Shown: positions 45,728-52,958 of the stretch, piece by piece
How the letters are laid out: each line of letters opens with the position of its first letter
Numbering within the stretch: position 1 is the stretch's first letter
IMG/VR virus record: IMGVR_UViG_3300020165_000002
Reading direction: 5' to 3' (one strand)
DNA: 63,888 nucleotides
From: a virus
Made by a program: the position numbers and the translations under genes
Notes under the pieces: generated by a model
Database searches by the model: none
The model's input: only the letters and a program-made list of their open reading frames with translations
Told to the model about the DNA's origin: nothing

Positions 45728-46454
45728 TTACGAAAGGTATCGAATTATAATGGAAAGCCCTTTTATTTTCAAGGGTAAGGATTACCTTCATTTTCCAAAC
45801 GGGTGTAAATTCTATTCTCTTTACAGAACAACAAGAAAAATAAATTCTTTTTCAGAATTAGAGTACATAGCTGAGAAGTTTATTCATTTAAATCCTGATT
45901 TTAACGTAAATATAGCAAAAAGACTGTTTTGTAAGCTCTCTGAAAGAGATTCTGGTCACATAATTAGAACTTATGGACAAGACAGGGTCGAATCAATGGT
46001 AGAAAGGGTTTTTTCAAGAAAAAAAATTCCTTATTGCGGTAGATTAAGAAAAATAATATTCAATCCTTCTAAAATGATAGATAAATCTATAAAAATGAAG
46101 ATAGTGGGGTCTATTATTGGCACAAAAGAAAGACCAACTTCTGCACAATTAGATGAAGTAGTCGAAGAGCTTTGGCTAAATAAAGAAAAGATTACATTTT
46201 CTAAGATTGCAGAAAAATTAAACAGTAGTAGGTACCTTATAAGTTGGTATTTTGATTCAGAAGTTAAAGAATCCATAAAAAATGCCAATAAAGACATTAA
46301 AAAGACTAATTTAATCAGTAGAGCTATAGAAACTATAGATATTTTAACTGATAACGGTGATAAATTAAAAATGAGAGAATTAAAACGACTCACCTCTATT
46401 AGAAACTACTCAATATTAAAAGAAGCTGTTATTTGTTATCAGAAGAATCTCTAG
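45705..46454 (+). CDS. hypothetical protein with a possible C-terminal HTH (249 aa)
   Basis: 'ITFSKIAEKLNSSRYLISWY' is HTH-like. The true start may be the internal MESPFIF. Confidence 0.5.
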   Translation: MMLIPLFDYERYRIIMESPFIFKGKDYLHFPNGCKFYSLYRTTRKINSFSELEYIAEKFIHLNPDFNVNIAKRLFCKLSERDSGHIIRTYGQDRVESMVERVFSRKKIPYCGRLRKIIFNPSKMIDKSIKMKIVGSIIGTKERPTSAQLDEVVEELWLNKEKITFSKIAEKLNSSRYLISWYFDSEVKESIKNANKDIKKTNLISRAIETIDILTDNGDKLKMRELKRLTSIRNYSILKEAVICYQKNL

Positions 46455-46917
46455 ATTTATTCATGCTTTCAATTACATTCTTGTATATCTTATCCATATA
46501 AGTTTCTTTTTTAAACACAGGGTTTGATCTTGCTTCTTCTGAAATAGGCTCTTGGTTTGTTAGTTTTTTATATGTTAATGAGCATATAGTTTTACTTTTA
46601 TGACTTAATTCCCACAGCTTTGCTCTTGCATATTTCTCACCTCCTGGTCTCCACTCTTTTATCAAATCTTTCTTTACCATTTCATAAAAACGCTTTTTAT
46701 CCCACGACATTGTGTTTCCGTAATAATTAAAATCCTCCTTCTTAAAGTAAGGTAAATCATATAAATATAGCAGCATATCTAACTCCATAGAAGATATGTT
46801 ATACTTCCTTTTTATATAGTATTTAACTACTCTCCAGTACTTTAGGAAATTATTTTCCTTTTCTCTAGGCTGCCTTTTAATTGTCTTAGTTGGCTTTCTT
46901 TTGTAGGTTTTAATCAT
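46429..46917 (-). CDS. lone antisense gene: basic wHTH-like protein (possible regulator)
   Basis: 162 aa. The only credible - strand ORF inside the + arc. It has its own TATTTTTG box (46939-46946, - strand) 21 nt upstream. Confidence 0.55.
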   Translation of the reverse strand: MIKTYKRKPTKTIKRQPREKENNFLKYWRVVKYYIKRKYNISSMELDMLLYLYDLPYFKKEDFNYYGNTMSWDKKRFYEMVKKDLIKEWRPGGEKYARAKLWELSHKSKTICSLTYKKLTNQEPISEEARSNPVFKKETYMDKIYKNVIESMNKSRDSSDNK

Positions 46918-46938
46918 TTGATTTTATTAAGTATATAG

Positions 46939-46946
46939 CAAAAATA
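46939..46946 (-). promoter_or_regulatory. -7 box TATTTTTG (- strand)
   Basis: + strand caaaaata. Divergent partner of the box at 46964. Confidence 0.45.
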
Positions 46947-46963
46947 CGAAAAACAATATTTCT

Positions 46964-46971
46964 TATATTTG
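46964..46971 (+). promoter_or_regulatory. -7 box TATATTTG
   Basis: 20 nt upstream of the TTG-start ORF at 46992. Confidence 0.45.
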
Positions 46972-46991
46972 CTGTATATAAAACTAAGGTT

Positions 46992-47150
46992 TTGAGTAAG
47001 ATAAAGAAAAAAAAGGGAAACAAGATTTGTGCAGCGGGAATTTCGTGGGCAAAACGAACTTTTGACACGTATCCTTCAGCATATGCAAACATGGCTGCAA
47101 GTAAATATTGTAAAGACCCTAACTACGCAAAAAAATCTAAAAAGAAATAA
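46992..47150 (+). CDS. small basic Cys protein, TTG start (52 aa; 'YPSAYAN' family look-alike)
   Basis: 'SKIKKKKGNKICAAGISWAKRTFDTYPSAYANMAASKYCKDPNYAKKSKKK'. The motif C..G....K..F..YPSAYAN.....C recurs in small marine-phage proteins (from memory). There is no in-frame ATG near the 5' end. Confidence 0.45.
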   Translation: MSKIKKKKGNKICAAGISWAKRTFDTYPSAYANMAASKYCKDPNYAKKSKKK

Positions 47151-47152
47151 TT

Positions 47153-47257
47153 ATGCCGTACGGAAGCGCAACTTACAGTAAAAAGAAATCTAAGCCAATG
47201 GCTAAGAAAAAAAAGGTAACTAAGAAGAAGGCAAAGAAAAAATCTAAAAAGAAATAA
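47153..47257 (+). CDS. 34-aa lysine-rich peptide
   Basis: 'MPYGSATYSKKKSKPMAKKKKVTKKKAKKKSKKK'. Bounded by a 28-bp perfect direct repeat (47130-47157 and 47237-47264). Confidence 0.35.
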   Translation: MPYGSATYSKKKSKPMAKKKKVTKKKAKKKSKKK

Positions 47258-47259
47258 TT

Positions 47260-47556
47260 ATGCCAGATTACGATAAATATGGATTTAAAAACAAGGTGGT
47301 TGACAGGCTTGTGAAAAACGACTCTTTACCAAAACCAACTTTTAATAGGTTTAATATTCCTTTATATACAGGACGAAAACCAGGTACTAAACAAGATTCT
47401 ATAACATATAAAAAAGGATTTGCTCAAGGTATCAAAAATGTTCAAAGAGGAACACCAAACGCTATTGGACTTCGTGATTCAAATAATTTTCATAGAGCAG
47501 GAACAAAAGACGGAGTAGAAGCAATGAAGAAAAGGGATCAAAAAAATAAGTTATAA
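47260..47556 (+). CDS. hypothetical basic protein, paralog of 43174..43515
   Basis: See 43174..43515. Confidence 0.6.
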   Translation: MPDYDKYGFKNKVVDRLVKNDSLPKPTFNRFNIPLYTGRKPGTKQDSITYKKGFAQGIKNVQRGTPNAIGLRDSNNFHRAGTKDGVEAMKKRDQKNKL

Positions 47557-47563
47557 AGAAGTA

Positions 47564-47818
47564 ATGGGGGAGCTCAAAAAGTGGCGTGATGAGAAATGGG
47601 TTAGGATTGGAACCGACGGCTCTATAAAAGGAGAATGTGGTACTAGTAAAAATAAGAAAAACCCAGACAGATGCTTGCCATTAGCTAAAGCTAAAAGCAT
47701 GTCTAAAGCTGAAAGAGCAAAGACAGCTAAGAAAAAGAAAAGAGCTGGTGCAAAAGGAAAAACAGTGGTTGCTAATACTAAAAAAGGAAAAGTAACTAAA
47801 AAATATACAAAAAGATAA
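47564..47818 (+). CDS. small basic Cys-containing protein (84 aa)
   Basis: 'KKWRDEKWVRIGTDGSIKGECGTSKNKKNPDRCLP..KKKKRAGAKGK'. K/R-rich tail. Confidence 0.6.
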   Translation: MGELKKWRDEKWVRIGTDGSIKGECGTSKNKKNPDRCLPLAKAKSMSKAERAKTAKKKKRAGAKGKTVVANTKKGKVTKKYTKR

Positions 47819-47820
47819 TT

Positions 47821-48093
47821 ATGGCAACTATAAATACCTATGAAAACGATTCAGTTATAAATCCAGCAGATAAAGTTATAGGATCTGATGGAGCTGTTGG
47901 AGCCGATCTTGGCAAAACAAAAAATTTCACAGTTTCTTCTCTTACAACATATGTTTCAGCTCAAACACTGGCGCATCCAATTGTGCTAACAGGTCTGGTA
48001 GACGCATCATCTAATCAAGATGCAGCAGACAATGGTGTTCCTGTTGGTGGAGTATATCAAAACAGTGGTCAATTATTTATAAGAAACTCATAA
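47821..48093 (+). CDS. small structural-type protein sharing its N-terminal module with the fibre ORF at 50461
   Basis: 'MATINTY..DKVIGSD..TKNF' versus 'MASINTY..DKVIGTD..TKNY'. Confidence 0.55.
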   Translation: MATINTYENDSVINPADKVIGSDGAVGADLGKTKNFTVSSLTTYVSAQTLAHPIVLTGLVDASSNQDAADNGVPVGGVYQNSGQLFIRNS

Positions 48094-48347
48094 TGGCAAA
48101 ACCAAGAAAAGGAAAAGCAAAAGTAAAAATAACTGCATCAGGTAAGAAAGTCAGTTATGGGCAGGCGGGTAAAGCTAAAGGAGGCGGCCCAAGAGTAAGA
48201 CCAGGAACATCTAAAGGTGATAGCTATTGTGCTAGAAGCTTAGGTATAAAAAGAGGTTTATCAAAGAAAAAACAAAACGATCCAAATACTCCAAACAACT
48301 TATCTCGTAAAAGATGGAAGTGTGTAGGGGCTAAATCAAGAAAATAA
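48093..48347 (+). CDS. small basic Cys-containing protein (84 aa)
   Basis: 'KPRKGKAKVK..SYCARSLGIK..DPNTPNNLSRKRWKC'. Confidence 0.6.
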   Translation: MAKPRKGKAKVKITASGKKVSYGQAGKAKGGGPRVRPGTSKGDSYCARSLGIKRGLSKKKQNDPNTPNNLSRKRWKCVGAKSRK

Positions 48348-48350
48348 ATT

Positions 48351-48494
48351 ATGGGAAAATTTCTAGAAAAAGTAGGTTTAAAAATTCAAAAAATTTGGTG
48401 CAAGTTTCAGTGTTGGTGGAACTGGAGAATGTATCTTTTAATGTTCAATTCTAGTACATGTCCAAACAAATTATGTACTTGTTTAAAAAAATAA
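48351..48494 (+). CDS. possible 47-aa Cys/Trp-rich peptide
   Basis: 'MGKFLEKVGLKIQKIWCKFQCWWNWRMYLLMFNSSTCPNKLCTCLKK'. Fills the gap exactly. Below the track cutoff. Confidence 0.35.
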   Translation: MGKFLEKVGLKIQKIWCKFQCWWNWRMYLLMFNSSTCPNKLCTCLKK

Positions 48495-48495
48495 T

Positions 48496-48651
48496 ATGAA
48501 AGATAAAGGATTAGGAGATACTATAGAAAGATTCACAACTGCGACTGGAATAAAAAAGGTTGTTGAAACTGCTTCAAAAATGACTGGCAAACCATGTGGG
48601 TGCGGTGAGAGAAAAGATACTTTAAACAGAATGTTTCCATATAAAAAGTAA
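48496..48651 (+). CDS. small conserved-looking protein (51 aa; 'GLGDTIE..TGIKK..CGC..R...LN..FP')
   Basis: Stop overlaps the next ATG (TAATG). The motif resembles a widespread small marine-phage protein (from memory). Confidence 0.45.
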   Translation: MKDKGLGDTIERFTTATGIKKVVETASKMTGKPCGCGERKDTLNRMFPYKK

Positions 48652-48896
48652 TGTTAAGTAAAACAGCAAGATTTTACAGAGAAAATCCTGAAGCTAGGAA
48701 AAAGCACAGGAAAAGTAGTGCAAAAGCTCAAAAGAAAAAAGAAGCTGTGCGCAAAAGAGTTGAATGCAATAAATTCAACAAGAAAAATAAAAACTCTAAA
48801 AAAGGCGATAAATTAGATTGTTCTCATAAAAAAGGCAAATTAGTTTTAGAAAAACAAAAAAGTAACAGAGCCAGGGGTGGTGGTAAAAAGAAATAA
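48651..48896 (+). CDS. small highly basic protein (81 aa)
   Basis: 'ENPEARKKHRKSSAKAQKKKEAVRKR..GDKLDCSHKKGKLVLEKQKSNRARGGGKKK'. Confidence 0.6.
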   Translation: MLSKTARFYRENPEARKKHRKSSAKAQKKKEAVRKRVECNKFNKKNKNSKKGDKLDCSHKKGKLVLEKQKSNRARGGGKKK

Positions 48897-48925
48897 AAAA
48901 CAAGTTTAAAAACAAATAAGTAGTA

Positions 48926-49207
48926 ATGGCTAGTAAAATATCAGAAAACACTGAATTAACATTAGATTTAAAGACGTTAATAATAATCGTAAGTTTTGTT
49001 GTGACCGTAGTAGGTATGTGGTTTGCTATACAAGCGGATATTCAGTTAGCTAAAAAGCTACCTGAACCTCCTGTAAGTAGAACTGAATATGACTTAAAGG
49101 ATCAGTTAATTAGAGAAACTATAATGAATACTCAACAAAAAGTAGAACAAAATAGTGATAAGCTTGACAAAATAGATGAAAAGCTATATCAAATTATAAA
49201 AAAATAA
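48926..49207 (+). CDS. membrane-anchored coiled-coil protein (holin or spanin candidate)
   Basis: One TM segment 'LIIIVSFVVTVVGMWFAIQ'. Lies next to the amidase. Confidence 0.4.
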   Translation: MASKISENTELTLDLKTLIIIVSFVVTVVGMWFAIQADIQLAKKLPEPPVSRTEYDLKDQLIRETIMNTQQKVEQNSDKLDKIDEKLYQIIKK

Positions 49208-49210
49208 ATT

Positions 49211-49528
49211 ATGAAAAAAGCAATAGTTTTAATATTTATTCTATTTTCTAGCTCATTGTTTTCACAGAAATATATTTTAATGGAAATCAATTCAGAGTGG
49301 AATTGGTCAAATAAAGCTAAAATAGATAGAATAAGAAATATACCTCATCAAATCGCTTACCTAGAAGATCAAACACCTAAGTTTAGAGAAAAGGTAAGAT
49401 CAGTTCCTTTAGTTATACTATATAAAGACGGAAGACCTATAATGCAGTGGACAGCTGATATAAGTTTCAAATTAGTTGTAAGAAAAGAGGATGTACTCAA
49501 AGCTATAGCGAGAGAGGAAGAAAAATAA
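49211..49528 (+). CDS. secreted hypothetical protein (signal peptide)
   Basis: 'MKKAIVLIFILFSSSLFSQ' N-terminus. Lies in the lysis cassette. Confidence 0.45.
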   Translation: MKKAIVLIFILFSSSLFSQKYILMEINSEWNWSNKAKIDRIRNIPHQIAYLEDQTPKFREKVRSVPLVILYKDGRPIMQWTADISFKLVVRKEDVLKAIAREEEK

Positions 49529-49538
49529 ATCTTAATAA

Positions 49539-49964
49539 ATGAGAGATATAAATAAAATTATATTACACTGCTCTGCAACAAGAGAAGGTCAGGATATTTC
49601 AACAGAAACAATAAGAGGATGGCACGTTAATGAAAGAGGGTGGTCTGATATAGGTTATCATTATGTAATCTTGTTAGACGGAACCGTTGATAAAGCTAGA
49701 CCAGTAGAAAGACAAGGAGCTCACGTAAGAGGTCATAACAAGGGAAGTATTGGTATTTGCTATGTAGGAGGTTGTGATGCAGATATGAATCCAAAAGATA
49801 CTAGAACAGATCTTCAAAAAGATAGTTTAACTGAATTAATATCTTACTTAATGGATAGTTATGAAGATGCGACATTGCATGGACATAACGAATTTTCCTC
49901 AAAAGCATGCCCATCTTTTGATGTAAAAGAAGAGTATAAAGAATTAATAGAGTGTTATGAGTAA
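49539..49964 (+). CDS. N-acetylmuramoyl-L-alanine amidase (T7-lysozyme/PGRP-type endolysin)
   Basis: 'IILHCSAT..GWSDIGYHYVI..GAHVRGHN..SIGICYVGG..LHGHNEF..KACPSFDV'. Confidence 0.85.
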   Translation: MRDINKIILHCSATREGQDISTETIRGWHVNERGWSDIGYHYVILLDGTVDKARPVERQGAHVRGHNKGSIGICYVGGCDADMNPKDTRTDLQKDSLTELISYLMDSYEDATLHGHNEFSSKACPSFDVKEEYKELIECYE

Positions 49965-50409
49965 GCCAAAGAAAAGATTTAAAGACACAAAAGTAGGTAG
50001 TTTCTTGCTTGGTAAATTACCAGGACTAATTGGAGATGTTTTACCTGATAAAGGAGCTTTAGGTGTTTTAAAAAACATTATTGATAAAGACCCAGATACA
50101 ACACCAGAAGAAAAAGCTCAATTACACAATGAATTAGTTTCTATATATGAGCTTGAGGTAGCTGATAGAGACTCTGCTAGAAAAAGAGAAGTGGAGAAAG
50201 CTAAGTCAGGAGGATTTGACTTAATGTTTAATCTTACAGGAATAGTAGGTTTGTCGGCTTTTGCTTTTATTATTTACGCAATAGTATACTTGCAAATTCC
50301 AGAATCAAACAAAGAGGTTTGGATTCATCTTATAGGAATAAGTGAGGGTATTGTGCTATCAATTTTCGGTTATTTCTACGGAAGCGCAGTTAGGAAAAAC
50401 AAAGACTAG
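49957..50409 (+). CDS. holin (putative)
   Basis: 150 aa. Cytoplasmic N-terminal half with 'DRDSARKRE', then two TM segments. Overlaps the amidase stop. Confidence 0.5.
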   Translation: MSKPKKRFKDTKVGSFLLGKLPGLIGDVLPDKGALGVLKNIIDKDPDTTPEEKAQLHNELVSIYELEVADRDSARKREVEKAKSGGFDLMFNLTGIVGLSAFAFIIYAIVYLQIPESNKEVWIHLIGISEGIVLSIFGYFYGSAVRKNKD

Positions 50410-50436
50410 ACATTATTTTTGCCTTTGTTAAAATCT

Positions 50437-50444
50437 TATCTTTG
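50437..50444 (+). promoter_or_regulatory. -7 box TATCTTTG
   Basis: 16 nt upstream of the ATG at 50461. Confidence 0.4.
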
Positions 50445-50460
50445 CATAAAAGATAAATTA

Positions 50461-51177
50461 ATGGCTAGCATAAATACTTACGCTATAGATCAGATACTTT
50501 CCGTTAGGGATAAGGTTATAGGAACTGATGTAGCGGGAATTACCACAAAAAATTATGAGTTAGGAGATATAATATCTTTTTTTAATAAAAAAGGATTAAT
50601 AGAGTCTGGAGCTTCTTCATTTGAATATGATCAGCTACCAACTTCTTCATCTTCAAGGGTAGATGGAACAATAAGTTTTGACCCACCAATATCATCACAA
50701 GTTGACTTTTCGTCTATAAGCACATTATTGGTGTCAAACAAAGATCTTGCTGGAACATCTTTAAGTACATATTATTCAAACCTTGTTGGGTCTAGGATTA
50801 TAATTCAAAAATCTGGAGACCCTTCTAAATTTGGAATATACAATGTTACCGCTTCTTCAAGCTCTCAAAAGTTTACTGGAGTAACTCAAATGACTTTAAC
50901 ATATGTGTTTGGTAACTCAAGCTTAGAAAACGAGTCTAATTATTTAATATCTTTGCTTCAGTATGATTACCTATCAGCAACTGATAAGAATTTTGTGTTT
51001 ACACAAGCGACACCGTCGGCATCTTGGAGCATAAATCATGGGTTGAATAAATTCCCATCGGTAACAGTTGTTGATTCGGCAGGGACTCAAGTAATAGGAG
51101 ACGTTTATCATACAGACATAGATAATTTAACAATAACATTTATAAACCAGTTTTCTGGAAAAGCATTTTTAAACTAA
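50461..51177 (+). CDS. tail fibre/adaptor protein (start trimmed to MASINTY)
   Basis: N-terminal module shared with 47821..48093. The track start at 50419 lies upstream of the promoter box. Confidence 0.5.
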   Translation: MASINTYAIDQILSVRDKVIGTDVAGITTKNYELGDIISFFNKKGLIESGASSFEYDQLPTSSSSRVDGTISFDPPISSQVDFSSISTLLVSNKDLAGTSLSTYYSNLVGSRIIIQKSGDPSKFGIYNVTASSSSQKFTGVTQMTLTYVFGNSSLENESNYLISLLQYDYLSATDKNFVFTQATPSASWSINHGLNKFPSVTVVDSAGTQVIGDVYHTDIDNLTITFINQFSGKAFLN

Positions 51178-51183
51178 AACATC

Positions 51184-52749
51184 ATGGCAGATATTAAATT
51201 TTTAAACAACATTTCATTAGAGAACCTACAGCTAAATAACGCAAAGCTGCAGGTTGTCGCTTCAGACCCTACACTATCAGGTGCAGATTATGAAGGTAGG
51301 GTAATATATAACTCTACTGACAACGCTATTAAATTTCACAATGGGGCAACAAGCAACTATTGGATCACATTAGACGGTTCTGGTGATATTTCATCAGTAA
51401 CTGTTAATGCTGGTGAAGGTTTAGAGGTAGAAGCTGGATCTAATTCAGAAAGTTCTGGAGCTTTTAATGTTACTTTAGGTTTAGAGTCTGCTGTTGCTGG
51501 AGATGGTTTGGTTTATAGTTCTGGTGTAATAAGTGTAAATGACGACAACTCAACTCTTACTATTGTAGGCGATGTCTTAAAGATAAAAGATTCAGGTGTT
51601 GGCTCTTCTCAAATTGCAGCTGATGCAGTAAATGGAACAAAGATTGCTGACGATTCTATAAATTCAGAACACTACGTAAACGGAAGTATAGATAATGCTC
51701 ATTTAGCAAACGACTCTGTAAACGGAAACAAAATAGCTGACAATAGTATTAATTCAGAACATTATGTAAATGGCTCTATTGATAGAGTGCATTTAGCTGC
51801 CGATATAGTAGACGGAACTAAAATAGCAGATGATTCTATAAATTCAGAACATATTGTAAATGGCTCTGTAGATAATGTTCATTTAGCTAATGATGGAATT
51901 ACAATAGGGTCTACAGATGTTTCTTTAGGCGACACAATAACTGCATTAGTTGGTCTTACAGACTTAGACTTAACTGCTGCTGCTCACACAATATTCGATA
52001 CCGTTGGAGCAAATAACCTTACAATGGGTGCTTCAACAACAACAGTTATTATTCCTGGAGACTTACAAGTTACAGGAACTGTTACAACAAACAATGTTGA
52101 AACCGTATCAACAACCAATGGTGTTGTTTTTGAAGGTAATGCTGCTGATGCTAACGAATTAACTTTGTTAGCAGGAACGCTTACTGCAGATAGAACAGTA
52201 ACTTTACCAAATGCTAGTGGTACAGTAGCTTTAACTAGCGACTTGCCATCAGTAAACAATGGAACACTTACTGTTCAAGGAACTGGTGCTTTAGGTGGTA
52301 CTGGAACATTTACAGCAAACCAATCAGGAAACACAACTATAAGTATATCTCACGACGATACATCTTCTCAGGCTTCTGTAAACAACTCTGGATTAAATGT
52401 AATACAAGATGTAACATTAGACACTTATGGTCACACAACTGGATTAGCTTCTGTAAATTTAGCTTCAGGTATTGATGGTAGAATTACAGCTAGAGAGTTT
52501 TCAGGACTTATTGGGGATGGAAGTGCTACAACTTTAATACTTAAAAATAGTGGAGCTTCAGGAACAGCTCAATCAAATCATGGATTAGGTGCAGATTCTA
52601 CTGCATTCTTAGTTCAATTAATTGAAGTTTCTTCAGGTTCAACAGTATACGCAGATGTTCAGAGAGCTGCTAGTGGTGTTGTAAATGTTATATTTGCCGC
52701 TGCTCCAGCTTCAAACGCTATAAGAGTTCTTATGACCAAGATAGGTTAA
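51184..52749 (+). CDS. tail fibre protein with three tandem 30-aa repeats
   Basis: 521 aa. '(A/N)D.V(N/D)G.KIAD(D/N)SINSEH(Y/I)VNGS(I/V)D..HL' x3 (~51612-51897). G/T/S/N-rich beta-type sequence. Confidence 0.6.
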   Translation: MADIKFLNNISLENLQLNNAKLQVVASDPTLSGADYEGRVIYNSTDNAIKFHNGATSNYWITLDGSGDISSVTVNAGEGLEVEAGSNSESSGAFNVTLGLESAVAGDGLVYSSGVISVNDDNSTLTIVGDVLKIKDSGVGSSQIAADAVNGTKIADDSINSEHYVNGSIDNAHLANDSVNGNKIADNSINSEHYVNGSIDRVHLAADIVDGTKIADDSINSEHIVNGSVDNVHLANDGITIGSTDVSLGDTITALVGLTDLDLTAAAHTIFDTVGANNLTMGASTTTVIIPGDLQVTGTVTTNNVETVSTTNGVVFEGNAADANELTLLAGTLTADRTVTLPNASGTVALTSDLPSVNNGTLTVQGTGALGGTGTFTANQSGNTTISISHDDTSSQASVNNSGLNVIQDVTLDTYGHTTGLASVNLASGIDGRITAREFSGLIGDGSATTLILKNSGASGTAQSNHGLGADSTAFLVQLIEVSSGSTVYADVQRAASGVVNVIFAAAPASNAIRVLMTKIG

Positions 52750-52769
52750 TATAAATTAAATTAAATTAA

Positions 52770-52958
52770 ATGATAATTAAATTAAGGTATAACAAAATCG
52801 AGAAAACGCTCGAAGTAAGTAATGATATTCCCGAGTGCACGATTGTTGTTAATAACAATGCTACAATAGACATGGATGAAGATATAGTTTTTGAACTTTC
52901 TCTTGATACTACTTATTTAGCAGAAACACAAGAGGATTTAGATGGCGAACTTAACTAG
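52770..52958 (+). CDS. hypothetical protein (62 aa)
   Basis: Short acidic ORF between two fibre genes. Confidence 0.4.
   Translation: MIIKLRYNKIEKTLEVSNDIPECTIVVNNNATIDMDEDIVFELSLDTTYLAETQEDLDGELN

Noticed and set aside
46910-47092. 60-aa - strand ORF from the track
   Set aside because: It is hydrophobic low-complexity sequence spanning a divergent promoter region. The + strand TTG-start ORF (46992..47150), with the 'YPSAYAN' motif, is the more plausible coding frame.
50419-50460. Upstream start of the fibre ORF 50419..51177
   Set aside because: It would place the TATCTTTG promoter box inside the gene. The ATG at 50461 gives 'MASINTY', homologous to the start of ORF 47821.
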